Assembly (NCBI RefSeq): GCF_988242995.1
Contig: NZ_OZ547043.1
DNA length: 64,000 bases
Reading direction: 5' to 3' (one strand)
Shown here in pieces: positions 40,917 through 54,848 of the stretch. The notes below the pieces were generated by a model that was given only the letters and a program-made list of their open reading frames with translations, was not told the DNA's origin and did no database searches. The stretch's first letter is position 1; every line of letters begins with the position of its first letter. The position numbers were made by a program, and so were the translations under genes.

Positions 40917-41917
40917 GCGCCACCTCGCGTTTTACGTCGCACGAGGAAGATCAGCACCGGTGCGCCAATAAAGGCACTGACTACAGAAACGCGCAGTTCG
41001 CCGGGCACAATCACCCGCCCGATGATATCGGCAAACAGCAGCAGGGCAGGGGTAGCAAGTAGCGTGACGGGCAGCGACCAGCGATGATCGGCACCCACCA
41101 GCCAACGCGCCATATGCGGCATCATCAGGCCAATAAAGGCAATCGGGCCAACTACCGCCGTCGCACTACCACAAAGCACGGTAATCGCCAGCAGACCAAT
41201 CAACTGTGTGCGCGCCACGCGACTGCCCAGCGCCGTCGCGGTGTCACTGCCGAGGCTTAAACTGTTCAGCGCGCGGCTCAGTAATAGCGCGGTTGCTCCG
41301 GCGGTAAGCACCGGGATCAGCACCACTTTTAAGGTATGTAGATTGCGAATATCCAGCGAACCGGCTTGCCAGAAACGCAACTGATCGTAGACGTCAGGAT
41401 TAAGCAGGGCGATGCCGCTGGTCAGCCCTTCCAGCACCGCCGCCAGCGCCACGCCCGCCAGGGTTAAACGCACCGGACTTAACTGCCCGCCGCCCTGGCT
41501 GCCGGTAAAGGCAACAATCAACGAGGCCACCAGCGCCCCGGCGAAGGCCATCGCCAGTTGTTCCTGTGCGGAAGAGTAACCAAACAGCGCCGCACCCAGC
41601 ACAATGGCAAAGCTGGCTCCGGCGTTCACGCCAAGCAAGCCGGGGTCGGCAAGTGGGTTTCGGGTGAGGGTTTGCATTAACGCCCCGGCAAGCCCAAGCG
41701 CGCCGCCTGCCAGTAAACCGGCAAGGGTGCGCGGCAGCCGCGCGTCGAGCACGATGGTGCAGTCGGCGCTCTGGCAGGTGCCGGAGAGGGCCTCCAGCAC
41801 TACGGAAGCGGGGAGTGATTTTGCCCCAATGAGCAGGCTTAATGCCGTCGCGATAATCAGTAATAACAGCAATCCGGGCACGGCAATGGCGCGTGTCACG
41901 GCAACAGAACCAGACAT
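40913..41917 (-). CDS. fepD: Ferric enterobactin ABC transporter permease FepD, 334 aa
   Basis: ORF track; start moved to MSGSVAVTRAIAVPGLLLLL. Confidence 0.95.
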   Translation of the reverse strand: MSGSVAVTRAIAVPGLLLLLIIATALSLLIGAKSLPASVVLEALSGTCQSADCTIVLDARLPRTLAGLLAGGALGLAGALMQTLTRNPLADPGLLGVNAGASFAIVLGAALFGYSSAQEQLAMAFAGALVASLIVAFTGSQGGGQLSPVRLTLAGVALAAVLEGLTSGIALLNPDVYDQLRFWQAGSLDIRNLHTLKVVLIPVLTAGATALLLSRALNSLSLGSDTATALGSRVARTQLIGLLAITVLCGSATAVVGPIAFIGLMMPHMARWLVGADHRWSLPVTLLATPALLLFADIIGRVIVPGELRVSVVSAFIGAPVLIFLVRRKTRGGA

Positions 41918-41932
41918 ACGAACTTCCATGAT

Positions 41933-41957
41933 AATGAAATTAATTATCGTTATCGAT
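41933..41957. promoter_or_regulatory. Fur box in the divergent fepD/entS promoter (GATAATGAAATTAATTATCGTTATC)
   Basis: Close match to the Fur consensus, read from sequence. Confidence 0.6.
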
Positions 41958-42027
41958 CTTATTTGGATATGTTAGCATGTGCAGCCTAAGAATAGGTATT
42001 TAAAATATTTGATGGCAAGGCATTGTA

Positions 42028-43278
42028 ATGAATAAACAATCCTGGCTGCTTAACCTCAGCCTGTTGAAAACGCACCCGGCGTTTCGCGCAGTATTCCTCG
42101 CTCGTTTTATCTCAATTGTGTCTCTGGGTTTGCTCGGCGTCGCGGTGCCGGTGCAGATCCAGATGATGACGCATTCTACCTGGCAGGTGGGGCTTTCGGT
42201 AACGCTGACCGGCGGGGCGATGTTTGTTGGCCTGATGGTCGGCGGTGTGCTGGCGGATCGGTATGAGCGCAAAAAAGTGATTTTGCTGGCGCGCGGCACC
42301 TGTGGCATTGGCTTCATTGGACTGTGCCTGAACGCGTTGCTGCCGGAGCCATCTTTGCTGGCAATCTATTTACTCGGATTATGGGATGGTTTTTTCGCAT
42401 CGCTTGGCGTTACGGCGCTACTGGCGGCGACACCTGCACTGGTAGGGCGTGAAAACTTAATGCAGGCCGGGGCGATCACCATGTTGACCGTGCGTCTGGG
42501 GTCGGTGATTTCGCCTATGATTGGCGGTTTATTGCTGGCGACCGGCGGCGTAGCCTGGAACTACGGGCTGGCGGCGGCGGGCACGTTTATTACCTTGCTA
42601 CCGTTGTTAAGCCTTCCGGCGTTGCCACCGCCACCGCAGCCGCGTGAGCATCCGTTGAAATCATTACTGGCAGGATTTCGTTTTCTGCTCGCCAGCCCGC
42701 TGGTGGGAGGGATTGCGCTGCTGGGTGGTTTATTGACGATGGCGAGCGCGGTGCGGGTACTGTATCCGGCGCTGGCTGACAACTGGCAGATGTCGGCGGC
42801 ACAGATTGGTTTTCTCTATGCGGCGATCCCGCTCGGCGCGGCTATTGGCGCGTTAACCAGCGGTAAGCTGGCACATAGCGCGCGACCAGGGTTATTGATG
42901 CTGCTTTCCACGCTGGGATCGTTCCTCGCCATTGGTCTGTTTGGCCTGATGCCGATGTGGATTTTAGGCGTGGTTTGTCTGGCGCTGTTCGGCTGGCTGA
43001 GCGCGGTTAGTTCGTTGCTGCAATACACAATGCTGCAAACGCAAACCCCGGAAGCGATGTTAGGGCGGATTAACGGTTTGTGGACGGCGCAAAACGTGAC
43101 GGGCGATGCCATAGGCGCGGCGCTGCTGGGCGGTTTGGGCGCGATGATGACACCGGTTGCTTCCGCAAGCGCGAGCGGTTTTGGTTTGTTGATTATCGGC
43201 GTGTTGTTGTTGCTGGTGCTGGTGGAGTTGCGACGTTTTCGCCAGACGCCGCCGCAGGTGGCAGCGTCCGACAGTTAA
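42028..43278 (+). CDS. entS: Enterobactin exporter EntS (MFS), 416 aa
   Basis: ORF track [29 protein letters not shown]... Confidence 0.95.
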   Translation: MNKQSWLLNLSLLKTHPAFRAVFLARFISIVSLGLLGVAVPVQIQMMTHSTWQVGLSVTLTGGAMFVGLMVGGVLADRYERKKVILLARGTCGIGFIGLCLNALLPEPSLLAIYLLGLWDGFFASLGVTALLAATPALVGRENLMQAGAITMLTVRLGSVISPMIGGLLLATGGVAWNYGLAAAGTFITLLPLLSLPALPPPPQPREHPLKSLLAGFRFLLASPLVGGIALLGGLLTMASAVRVLYPALADNWQMSAAQIGFLYAAIPLGAAIGALTSGKLAHSARPGLLMLLSTLGSFLAIGLFGLMPMWILGVVCLALFGWLSAVSSLLQYTMLQTQTPEAMLGRINGLWTAQNVTGDAIGAALLGGLGAMMTPVASASASGFGLLIIGVLLLLVLVELRRFRQTPPQVAASDS

Positions 43279-43281
43279 TGC

Positions 43282-44238
43282 TTAAAACAGCGCCTTAAGT
43301 CGTTCCAGCACTTGCATGGCGCTGTAGTAATCCAGTCGGAACGTCTCGGTTCCCAGCGCATAAACCTGCTTGTTTTGTACTGCGGGCAGGTGCGCGAGCA
43401 GTGGATTGGCATAAATAGCATCGGCATCTTTCTGATCACCGGCGAACAGGAATAGTGACTCGCCATTTAACCCTGCAGCCAGATTTTCACCACCAAGCTG
43501 AATGATGTCATGGCGTTTGCCCTGGCTTTGGCTGGCGTTTAACCCTGCGGGCAATTTCGCCAACGTAAAGCCGAGTTGTTCCAGCATCTGCCCTTGTGCT
43601 GATTCCGGCGTCCAGAGATTGGCACTGTGTGCAGCGGCGGTATAGACAATGGCAGTGACCGGCTGCGGCGGTAATTTGATTTGCTCTTTCGCCGCTGCCA
43701 GTTGCTTATCAAACTGTGCAATCCGCTCTGCCGCTTGTTTCTCATGCCCGGTAATTTCGCCAAGTTGCGTTAACAGCGACTGCCAGCTTTTGTCGTCGTA
43801 ATTGATGATTAATGTCGGGGCGATGGTGGAAAGCTGATCATACAGCGCCAGCGCCGAATCCCCGCCGGTTGCGCTAATTAAAATCAAATCCGGCATTTGC
43901 GCGGCAACGGCTTCGGCGCTCGGTTCGCCGATATAGAGCCGTTGCAGTTTGCGTTCTTTCGCCACCTTGCTCCACTGGCGTAAAAAGCCCTGGTCATCCG
44001 CGACGCGGTTATTCGGCGTGGTCGCGCCGCTGGCAATCACCGGAGCATCAATCGCCAGCAGTGAGCCAGTCAGGGTGACGCTGGTGGAAACAATACGCTG
44101 CGGCTGGCTTTCCAGGGTATGAGTGCCCCGGCTGTCAGTAATCTGACGCGGCCAGTCGGCGGCCTGAACTGCGACTATTCCTGAAAGCAAAAGTCCTGTT
44201 AATAGAAGGGCGTTGCGGTAGAGCGAGGCGAGTCTCAC
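43282..44238 (-). CDS. fepB: Ferric enterobactin periplasmic binding protein FepB, 318 aa (GTG start)
   Basis: ORF track [26 protein letters not shown]... Confidence 0.95.
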   Translation of the reverse strand: MRLASLYRNALLLTGLLLSGIVAVQAADWPRQITDSRGTHTLESQPQRIVSTSVTLTGSLLAIDAPVIASGATTPNNRVADDQGFLRQWSKVAKERKLQRLYIGEPSAEAVAAQMPDLILISATGGDSALALYDQLSTIAPTLIINYDDKSWQSLLTQLGEITGHEKQAAERIAQFDKQLAAAKEQIKLPPQPVTAIVYTAAAHSANLWTPESAQGQMLEQLGFTLAKLPAGLNASQSQGKRHDIIQLGGENLAAGLNGESLFLFAGDQKDADAIYANPLLAHLPAVQNKQVYALGTETFRLDYYSAMQVLERLKALF

Positions 44239-44375
44239 AAATCAGCTTCCTGTTATTAATGAAGTTAATGCTTCTCATTTTCATTGTAACCACAACCAGA
44301 TGCAACCCCGAGTTGCAGATTGCGTTACCTCAAGAGTTGACATAGTGCGCGTTTGCTTTTAGGTTAGCGACCGAA

Positions 44376-44398
44376 AATATAAATGATAATCATTATTA
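44376..44398. promoter_or_regulatory. Fur box in the divergent fepB/entC promoter (ATAAATGATAATCATTATTAAAG)
   Basis: GATAATCATTAT core matches the Fur consensus almost exactly. Confidence 0.7.
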
Positions 44399-44426
44399 AA
44401 GCCTTTATCATTTTGTGGAGGATGAT

Positions 44427-45602
<1,176 letters not shown>

Positions 45603-45611
45603 GGAGTGAGG

Positions 45612-47222
45612 ATGAGCATTCCATTCACCCGCTGGCCGGAAGAGTTTGCCCGTCGCTATCGGGAAAAAGGCTACTGGCAGGATTTGCCGCTGACCGACAT
45701 TCTGACCCGTCATGCCGCAAGCGATAGCATCGCGGTCATCGACGGCGAGCGGCAGTTGAGTTACCGGGAGCTGAATCAGGCGGCGGATAACCTCGCGTGT
45801 AGTTTGCGCCGTCAGGGCATTAAACCTGGTGAAACTGCGCTGGTACAACTGGGTAACGTCGCTGAACTTTACATTACTTTTTTCGCGCTGCTGAAACTGG
45901 GCGTTGCGCCGGTGCTGGCGCTGTTCAGCCATCAGCGTAGTGAACTGAACGCCTATGCCAGCCAGATTGAACCGGCGTTACTGATTGCCGATCGCCAGCA
46001 TGCGCTGTTTAGCGGAGATGATTTCCTCAATACATTTGTTGCAGAGCATTCCTCCATTCGCGTGGTGCAACTGCACAACGACAGCGGTGAGCATAATTTG
46101 CAGGATGCGATTAACCATCCGGCTGAGGATTTTACTGCCACGCCGTCACCTGCTGATGAAGTTGCCTATTTCCAGCTTTCCGGCGGCACCACCGGCACAC
46201 CGAAACTGATCCCGCGCACTCATAACGACTACTACTACAGCGTGCGTCGTAGCGTCGAGATTTGTCAGTTCACACAACAGACACGCTACCTGTGCGCGAT
46301 CCCGGCGGCTCATAACTACGCCATGAGTTCGCCAGGATCGCTGGGCGTATTTCTCGCTGGCGGCACTGTCGTTCTGGCTGCCGACCCCAGCGCCACGCTC
46401 TGCTTCCCATTGATTGAAAAACATCAGGTGAACGTCACCGCGCTGGTGCCACCCGCAGTCAGCCTGTGGTTACAGGCGCTGACCGAAGGCGAAAGCCGGG
46501 CGCAGCTTGCCTCGCTGAAACTGTTACAGGTCGGTGGTGCACGTCTTTCTGCCACGCTTGCGGCGCGTATTCCCGCAGAGATTGGCTGCCAGTTGCAGCA
46601 GGTGTTTGGCATGGCGGAAGGGCTGGTGAACTACACCCGTCTTGATGATAGCGCGGAGAAAATTATCCATACCCAGGGTTACCCAATGTGCCCGGACGAT
46701 GAAGTGTGGGTTGCCGATGCCGAAGGAAATCCACTGCCGCAAGGAGAAGTCGGACGCCTGATGACGCGCGGGCCGTACACCTTCCGCGGTTATTACAAAA
46801 GCCCGCAGCACAATGCCAGCGCCTTTGATGCCAACGGTTTTTACTGTTCCGGCGATCTGATCTCTATTGATCCAGAGGGTTACATCACCGTGCAGGGGCG
46901 CGAGAAAGATCAGATTAACCGTGGCGGCGAGAAGATCGCTGCCGAAGAGATCGAAAACCTGCTGCTGCGCCATCCGGCGGTGATCTACGCCGCACTGGTG
47001 AGCATGGAAGATGAGCTGATGGGCGAAAAAAGCTGCGCTTATCTGGTGGTAAAAGAACCGCTGCGCGCGGTGCAGGTGCGTCGTTTCCTGCGTGAACAGG
47101 GTATTGCCGAATTTAAATTACCGGATCGCGTGGAGTGTGTGGATTCACTTCCGCTGACGGCGGTCGGGAAAGTCGATAAAAAACAATTACGTCAGTGGCT
47201 GGCGTCACGCGCATCAGCCTGA
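45612..47222 (+). CDS. entE: 2,3-dihydroxybenzoate-AMP ligase EntE, 536 aa
   Basis: ORF track; start set at [23 protein letters not shown] (AAGGAG RBS). Confidence 0.96.
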   Translation: MSIPFTRWPEEFARRYREKGYWQDLPLTDILTRHAASDSIAVIDGERQLSYRELNQAADNLACSLRRQGIKPGETALVQLGNVAELYITFFALLKLGVAPVLALFSHQRSELNAYASQIEPALLIADRQHALFSGDDFLNTFVAEHSSIRVVQLHNDSGEHNLQDAINHPAEDFTATPSPADEVAYFQLSGGTTGTPKLIPRTHNDYYYSVRRSVEICQFTQQTRYLCAIPAAHNYAMSSPGSLGVFLAGGTVVLAADPSATLCFPLIEKHQVNVTALVPPAVSLWLQALTEGESRAQLASLKLLQVGGARLSATLAARIPAEIGCQLQQVFGMAEGLVNYTRLDDSAEKIIHTQGYPMCPDDEVWVADAEGNPLPQGEVGRLMTRGPYTFRGYYKSPQHNASAFDANGFYCSGDLISIDPEGYITVQGREKDQINRGGEKIAAEEIENLLLRHPAVIYAALVSMEDELMGEKSCAYLVVKEPLRAVQVRRFLREQGIAEFKLPDRVECVDSLPLTAVGKVDKKQLRQWLASRASA

Positions 47223-47235
47223 AGGAGAGAACACG

Positions 47236-48092
47236 ATGGCTATTCCAAAATTACAGGCTTACGCACTGCCGGAGTCTCACGATATTCCGCAGAATAAAGT
47301 TGACTGGGCCTTTGAACCGCAACGTGCCGCGTTGTTAATCCATGATATGCAGGACTATTTTGTCAGCTTCTGGGGCGAGAACTGCCCAATGATGGAGCAG
47401 GTGATCGCGAATATTGCGGCACTACGCGACTACTGCAAACAGCACAATATCCCGGTTTATTACACCGCCCAGCCGAAAGAGCAGAGCGATGAAGATCGGG
47501 CGCTGTTGAATGATATGTGGGGGCCTGGCCTGACCCGTTCGCCGGAACAGCAAAAGGTGGTGGATCGCCTGACGCCAGATGCCGACGACACGGTGCTGGT
47601 GAAGTGGCGCTACAGCGCGTTTCATCGTTCTCCGCTGGAGCAAATGCTCAAAGAGAGTGGACGTAACCAGCTGATTATTACCGGGGTATATGCCCACATT
47701 GGCTGTATGACCACCGCAACCGACGCATTTATGCGCGATATTAAACCGTTTATGGTGGCGGATGCGCTGGCCGATTTCAGCCGTGACGAGCATTTGATGT
47801 CGCTGAAATATGTGGCCGGACGGTCTGGCCGGGTGGTGATGACTGAGGAATTACTGCCAGCACCTGTCCCCGCCAGCAAAGCGGCGCTGCGTGAGGTTAT
47901 CCTGCCGTTGCTGGACGAGTCCGATGAACCGTTCGATGACGACAACCTGATCGACTACGGTCTGGATTCGGTGCGCATGATGGCGCTGGCAGCGCGTTGG
48001 CGCAAAGTGCATGGCGATATCGACTTTGTCATGCTGGCGAAAAACCCGACCATCGACGCCTGGTGGAAGCTACTTTCCCGCGAGGTGAAATA

Positions 48093-48093
<1 letters not shown>
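47236..48093 (+). CDS. entB: Isochorismatase / aryl carrier protein EntB, 285 aa
   Basis: ORF track MAIPKLQAYALPESHDIPQNKVDWAFEPQ... Confidence 0.97.
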
Positions 48094-49255
<1,162 letters not shown>

Positions 49256-49296
49256 GCCCGACAGAATTAAATGAGATTGCAGGAAAACTCGGTTAA

Positions 49297-49318
49297 CGGA
49301 GTGATCGAGTTAACATTG
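49297..49318. promoter_or_regulatory. Candidate CRP-binding site upstream of cstA (GTGATCGAGTTAACA)
   Basis: Partial match to TGTGA-N6-TCACA; cstA is known to be CRP-dependent. Assigning this exact site is inference. Confidence 0.3.
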
Positions 49319-49435
49319 TTAAGTTAAATATTGGTTTCAACTCCGATTTACATGGTTGCTGTGTTGTTAAATTGCACAAAGATGTTATAGAAACAAAATG
49401 TAACATCTCTATGGACACGCACACGGATAACAACT

Positions 49436-51541
49436 ATGAACAAATCAGGGAAATACCTCGTCTGGACAGTGCTCTCTGTAATGGGAGCATTTGCTCTGGG
49501 ATATATTGCTTTAAATCGTGGGGAACAGATCAATGCGCTGTGGATTGTGGTGGCGTCGGTCTGTATCTATCTGATCGCTTACCGTTTTTATGGTCTGTAT
49601 ATCGCCAAAAATGTGCTGGCGGTTGACCCGACGCGTATGACGCCCGCGGTGCGCCATAACGACGGGCTGGACTATGTGCCGACGGACAAGAAAGTGCTGT
49701 TCGGTCACCATTTTGCGGCCATCGCCGGAGCAGGTCCATTGGTGGGGCCGGTGCTGGCAGCGCAAATGGGTTACCTGCCAGGGATGATCTGGCTGCTCGC
49801 TGGGGTGGTTCTCGCCGGTGCGGTGCAGGATTTCATGGTGCTGTTTGTTTCTACGCGCCGTGACGGTCGCTCGCTGGGTGAGCTGGTCAAAGAAGAGATG
49901 GGGCCAACCGCCGGGGTGATAGCGCTGGTGGCCTGCTTTATGATCATGGTCATTATCCTTGCAGTACTGGCGATGATCGTGGTGAAAGCCCTGACTCATA
50001 GCCCGTGGGGAACGTATACCGTTGCGTTCACCATTCCGCTGGCGCTGTTTATGGGGATCTACCTGCGCTATCTGCGTCCGGGGCGTATTGGCGAAGTGTC
50101 GGTCATCGGCCTGGTGTTCCTGATTTTCGCCATTATCTCTGGCGGCTGGGTGGCAGAAAGTCCGACCTGGGCACCGTACTTTGACTTTACCGGCGTGCAG
50201 CTGACCTGGATGCTGGTGGGTTACGGCTTCGTGGCGGCGGTGCTGCCGGTGTGGTTGCTGCTGGCTCCGCGTGACTACCTCTCTACCTTCCTGAAAATCG
50301 GGACTATCGTCGGTCTGGCGGTAGGCATTTTGATTATGCGCCCGACGCTGACCATGCCTGCGCTAACTAAATTTGTCGATGGCACAGGCCCGGTATGGAC
50401 CGGTAACCTGTTCCCGTTCCTGTTTATCACCATCGCTTGTGGCGCGGTGTCTGGCTTCCATGCGCTGATCTCTTCCGGTACCACGCCGAAGATGCTGGCG
50501 AACGAAGGGCAGGCGTGTTTTATCGGCTACGGCGGGATGTTAATGGAATCCTTCGTAGCGATTATGGCGCTGGTTTCCGCCTGTATCATCGATCCGGGTG
50601 TGTACTTCGCTATGAACAGCCCGATGGCGGTGCTGGCTCCGGCAGGTACGGCGGATGTGGTCGCTTCTGCAGCGCAAGTGGTGAGTAGCTGGGGATTTAG
50701 CATTACACCAGATACGCTCAACCAGATTGCCAGCGAAGTGGGTGAACAGTCGATCATTTCCCGTGCGGGCGGTGCGCCGACGTTGGCGGTGGGGATGGCC
50801 TACATTCTGCACGGCGCGCTGGGCGGCATGATGGATGTGGCGTTCTGGTATCACTTCGCCATTCTGTTTGAAGCACTGTTTATTCTGACGGCGGTGGATG
50901 CGGGTACGCGTGCTGCGCGCTTTATGTTGCAGGATCTGCTGGGCGTAGTGTCTCCGGGCCTGAAACGGACCGATTCACTGCCTGCTAACCTGCTGGCAAC
51001 GGCGCTGTGCGTACTGGCGTGGGGCTACTTCCTGCATCAGGGGGTGGTCGATCCGCTGGGCGGTATTAACACTCTGTGGCCGCTGTTTGGTATTGCCAAC
51101 CAGATGCTGGCAGGGATGGCGTTGATGCTCTGTGCTGTGGTGCTGTTCAAAATGAAACGTCAACGTTACGCCTGGGTGGCGCTGGTACCAACGGCCTGGC
51201 TGCTGATTTGTACCCTGACCGCAGGCTGGCAGAAAGCGTTTAGCCCGGATGCGAAAGTCGGCTTCCTGGCCATTGCTAATAAGTTCCAGGCAATGATCGA
51301 CAGCGGCAATATTCCGTCGCAGTATACTGAGTCACAGCTGGCGCAACTCGTGTTCAACAACCGTCTGGATGCCGGGTTAACCATCTTCTTTATGGTGGTC
51401 GTGGTGGTTCTGGCACTGTTCTCGATTAAGACGGCACTTGCGGCATTGAAAGAGCCGAAGCCAACGGCGAAAGAAACGCCGTATGAGCCAATGCCGGAAA
51501 ATGTCGAGGAGATCGTGGCGCAGGCGAAAGGCGCGCACTAA
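49436..51541 (+). CDS. cstA: Carbon starvation protein A (peptide/pyruvate transporter) CstA, 701 aa
   Basis: ORF track full-length match. Confidence 0.97.
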   Translation: MNKSGKYLVWTVLSVMGAFALGYIALNRGEQINALWIVVASVCIYLIAYRFYGLYIAKNVLAVDPTRMTPAVRHNDGLDYVPTDKKVLFGHHFAAIAGAGPLVGPVLAAQMGYLPGMIWLLAGVVLAGAVQDFMVLFVSTRRDGRSLGELVKEEMGPTAGVIALVACFMIMVIILAVLAMIVVKALTHSPWGTYTVAFTIPLALFMGIYLRYLRPGRIGEVSVIGLVFLIFAIISGGWVAESPTWAPYFDFTGVQLTWMLVGYGFVAAVLPVWLLLAPRDYLSTFLKIGTIVGLAVGILIMRPTLTMPALTKFVDGTGPVWTGNLFPFLFITIACGAVSGFHALISSGTTPKMLANEGQACFIGYGGMLMESFVAIMALVSACIIDPGVYFAMNSPMAVLAPAGTADVVASAAQVVSSWGFSITPDTLNQIASEVGEQSIISRAGGAPTLAVGMAYILHGALGGMMDVAFWYHFAILFEALFILTAVDAGTRAARFMLQDLLGVVSPGLKRTDSLPANLLATALCVLAWGYFLHQGVVDPLGGINTLWPLFGIANQMLAGMALMLCAVVLFKMKRQRYAWVALVPTAWLLICTLTAGWQKAFSPDAKVGFLAIANKFQAMIDSGNIPSQYTESQLAQLVFNNRLDAGLTIFFMVVVVVLALFSIKTALAALKEPKPTAKETPYEPMPENVEEIVAQAKGAH

Positions 51542-51653
51542 AGTCAGAGTGAGGGGGGATGTGCTGAGCGTTCCCATTACTCTCAGCCCGAGCGTGTTGA
51601 TAGCAATTAAGCCCTCTTAATTCAGGAGGGCATTTGTATTACCGGAGGTTTAG

Positions 51654-51851
51654 ATGTTTGATTCACTGGCAAAAGCCGGAAAATATTTAGGTCAGGCGGC
51701 GAAACTGATGATTGGTATGCCTGATTACGACAACTATGTCGAACATATGCGGGTTAACCATCCCGATCAAACGCCGATGACCTACGAAGAGTTTTTCCGT
51801 GAGCGGCAGGACGCGCGCTACGGTGGAAAAGGCGGCGCGCGCTGCTGCTAA
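51654..51851 (+). CDS. ybdD: Small protein YbdD (DUF466), 65 aa, partner of CstA
   Basis: ORF track [33 protein letters not shown]... Confidence 0.9.
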   Translation: MFDSLAKAGKYLGQAAKLMIGMPDYDNYVEHMRVNHPDQTPMTYEEFFRERQDARYGGKGGARCC

Positions 51852-51860
51852 ATGTGTACG

Positions 51861-52949
51861 TCAGGCTTTAAACGATTCCACTTTTTCGAACGCTGCACGC
51901 AACGTATCCGGTGTCAGCGTGACCGGCAGGTAATGAATGGATTCCACCGGACGCAAGGTGTGGGCAATCACTTTGTCGATCTCCGCCTGATTATTGATAT
52001 CCACTTCCAGCTCCGCCAGCGTAGTCGGCAGATGAAAACGCTGATACGCTCCAGTTAATTGCGCCAGCACATCATCCTGACCCAGCAAGGCGCTTTGCAC
52101 CAGAATTCCGTAGGCGACTTTGGTGCCGTGGAGAAACTTCTCGGTTTGCGGCAGCACGGTCAGACCGTTATGCACGGCATGAGCTGCTGCCACACGCGTA
52201 AAACGATCGCCCAGACCACCGACCATTCCACCTCCGGCGATAATCGCATCCACCACATCGCAAAATGATTGCGTTAACTGGTGATTTTGCTGATCGCTCA
52301 GCGCCTGTTCGCTACTGTTTAACAAGACGTCGCGAATGGCCTGTGCATTATTGATCCCCAGTCGCACGGTTAGCGGCAACGTTTCTGGTTGCGGGGCCAG
52401 CACCACCGCTTCATACCATTTCGCCAGCGTGTCACCGATCCCCGCCAGCAGATATTGTTGCGGCGCGTTGAGGATAATCTCCGGTTCCACCAGCACCATA
52501 AAATTGGCGTCGTCGAAAATCTCATAATGCAGCGCCTGTCCGGCATCGTTATACCAGACGGAGAGCGGTGTCCAGGCGGCGCAGGTGGCGGCGATCGTCG
52601 GAACGGCAACAAACGGCAGACCGAGACGGCGGGCGAGGGCTTTCGCGGTGTCGAGCAGTGCGCCGCCGCCGACGCCAATCACCACGCTGCGATCGTCACC
52701 GGACTCAGCCGCCAGTTGTTGTACATCGCTTTCGCTGCAATGGCCGCGAAACAAAATATGCTTTGCCCCTGGCAGTTCAAACGCTGGCGGAAGTTTTGTT
52801 TGCGCCGCAGCAATGGCGCGTTCGCCGTAGATCCACACCGCGCGAGAAAGTTGTTCATCAGTGAAAAAATCGTGCAGGTGATTGAAACTTCCTGGATGTG
52901 AAAAGTAGTTAGCCGGGCCGACGACCACGCGGATAGGATTGTGAGGCAT
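51861..52949 (-). CDS. ybdH: Iron-containing alcohol dehydrogenase-family oxidoreductase YbdH (HcxA), 362 aa
   Basis: ORF track MPHNPIRVVVGPANYFSHPGSFNHLHDFF... Confidence 0.93.
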   Translation of the reverse strand: MPHNPIRVVVGPANYFSHPGSFNHLHDFFTDEQLSRAVWIYGERAIAAAQTKLPPAFELPGAKHILFRGHCSESDVQQLAAESGDDRSVVIGVGGGALLDTAKALARRLGLPFVAVPTIAATCAAWTPLSVWYNDAGQALHYEIFDDANFMVLVEPEIILNAPQQYLLAGIGDTLAKWYEAVVLAPQPETLPLTVRLGINNAQAIRDVLLNSSEQALSDQQNHQLTQSFCDVVDAIIAGGGMVGGLGDRFTRVAAAHAVHNGLTVLPQTEKFLHGTKVAYGILVQSALLGQDDVLAQLTGAYQRFHLPTTLAELEVDINNQAEIDKVIAHTLRPVESIHYLPVTLTPDTLRAAFEKVESFKA

Positions 52950-53057
52950 GTTGTGTTGTCCTTATTGTTTTATTTAGACATCTAAACGTCTTGATTGCCA
53001 AATACTAGCATCGTGTTATAGTGCCTTCAACACGCAACTTCGTCAGGTACAATAAAA

Positions 53058-54218
53058 ATGACAAATAACCCTCTGATTCCACAAAGCAAACTTCCACAAC
53101 TTGGCACCACTATTTTCACCCAGATGAGCGCGTTGGCGCAGCAACACCAGGCGATTAACCTGTCGCAAGGCTTTCCTGATTTTGATGGTCCGCGCTATTT
53201 GCAGGAGCGGCTGGCGTACCACGTTGCTCAGGGGGCAAACCAATACGCGCCTATGACTGGCGTGCAGGCCTTGCGCGAGGCGATTGCTCAGAAAACGGAA
53301 CGTCTGTATGGCTATCAACCGGATGCCGATAGTGATATCACCGTAACGGCAGGGGCGACGGAAGCGTTATATGCAGCGATTACCGCATTGGTGCGCAATG
53401 GTGATGAAGTGATCTGCTTTGATCCCAGCTATGACAGTTACGCGCCCGCCATCGCGCTTTCGGGGGGAATAGTGAAACGTATTGCACTGCAACCACCGCA
53501 TTTTCGCGTGGACTGGCAGGAATTTGCCGCATTGTTAAGCGAGCGCACCCGACTGGTGATCCTCAACACCCCGCATAACCCCAGTGCAACTGTCTGGCAG
53601 CAGGCTGATTTCGCCGCTTTGTGGCAGGCAATTGCCGGGCACGAGATTTTTGTCATTAGCGATGAAGTCTACGAGCACATCAACTTTTCACAACAGGGCC
53701 ATGCCAGCGTGCTGGCGCATCCGCAGCTGCGTGAGCGGGCGGTGGCAGTTTCTTCATTTGGCAAGACCTATCATATGACCGGCTGGAAAGTGGGTTATTG
53801 CGTTGCGCCAGCGCCCATCAGTGCCGAAATTCGCAAGGTACACCAGTATCTGACCTTTTCGGTGAATACCCCGGCACAGCTGGCACTTGCGGATATGCTA
53901 CGTGCAGAACCTGAGCATTATCTTGCGTTACCGGACTTTTATCGCCAGAAACGCGATATTCTGGTGAATGCCTTAAGTGAGAGTCGGCTGGAGATTTTAC
54001 CGTGCGAAGGTACATACTTTTTGCTGGTGGATTACAGCGCCGTGTCTACGTTGGATGATGTTGAGTTTTGCCAGTGGCTGACGCGGGAGCACGGTGTAGC
54101 GGCGATTCCGCTGTCGGTGTTTTGCGCCGATCCCTTCCCCCATAAACTGATTCGTCTCTGTTTTGCCAAGAAGGAATCGACGTTGCTGGCAGCAGCTGAA
54201 CGCCTGCGCCAGCTGTAG
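53058..54218 (+). CDS. ybdL: PLP-dependent methionine aminotransferase YbdL, 386 aa
   Basis: ORF track MTNNPLIPQSKLPQLGTTIFTQMSALAQQH... Confidence 0.95.
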   Translation: MTNNPLIPQSKLPQLGTTIFTQMSALAQQHQAINLSQGFPDFDGPRYLQERLAYHVAQGANQYAPMTGVQALREAIAQKTERLYGYQPDADSDITVTAGATEALYAAITALVRNGDEVICFDPSYDSYAPAIALSGGIVKRIALQPPHFRVDWQEFAALLSERTRLVILNTPHNPSATVWQQADFAALWQAIAGHEIFVISDEVYEHINFSQQGHASVLAHPQLRERAVAVSSFGKTYHMTGWKVGYCVAPAPISAEIRKVHQYLTFSVNTPAQLALADMLRAEPEHYLALPDFYRQKRDILVNALSESRLEILPCEGTYFLLVDYSAVSTLDDVEFCQWLTREHGVAAIPLSVFCADPFPHKLIRLCFAKKESTLLAAAERLRQL

Positions 54219-54848
54219 TTATTTAACCGTCCAGGCACGGGAATATTGACGGTCGGCAAACAACTCTTGCAGGCCATTAATTTGTTTCAGGCGCAGCACC
54301 TCGTCGCTGTCCATTCCCAGCTCTTTGCCAATTTTATTATCGTCCCATCCCAACTGGCTGAGTTCACGGACGATTTCTGACATGGCAGTGATTTGGTGAC
54401 GTCCACGGGCGCGATTATGACGAATAGTCGCGGCGATGCGTTGATTACGCGTACCTTCCAGACAGGTCACCGGCAAATAACCTTTTAAGCGTAATTTTAA
54501 CGATGATGAGCCTTTACCAATTTCATGGCGGTGAAAACCATCCACGATTTCCAGGGCATTTTTATCCGTATGCGTGACCACAATGGGTTGGGTAAAACCA
54601 TCTATTTCAATGGATTTTTTCAGCAGTTTTTTTTCGGGTGGTGCCACGTTGTTTGGGTTGTAATCATTAGGCATAAGTTGGCTGTTTTTAACCCACAGAA
54701 CGCAATCCACTGGCTCTTCTCGAAAGGGGCTAACCTGATGGATCGCCATGCGGATTTCATTAATCGCTTTGATGCGATCGTCTTCCGGCAAGCTGGCGAG
54801 AAATTGGGTTAAATCCTGCGTTAATCGTTGTTGCATAGTATCCCCCAT
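54219..54848 (-). CDS. ybdM: ParB-like nuclease-domain protein YbdM, 209 aa
   Basis: ORF track; 5' end overlaps ybdN 3' end by 28 bp. Confidence 0.85.
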   Translation of the reverse strand: MGDTMQQRLTQDLTQFLASLPEDDRIKAINEIRMAIHQVSPFREEPVDCVLWVKNSQLMPNDYNPNNVAPPEKKLLKKSIEIDGFTQPIVVTHTDKNALEIVDGFHRHEIGKGSSSLKLRLKGYLPVTCLEGTRNQRIAATIRHNRARGRHQITAMSEIVRELSQLGWDDNKIGKELGMDSDEVLRLKQINGLQELFADRQYSRAWTVK

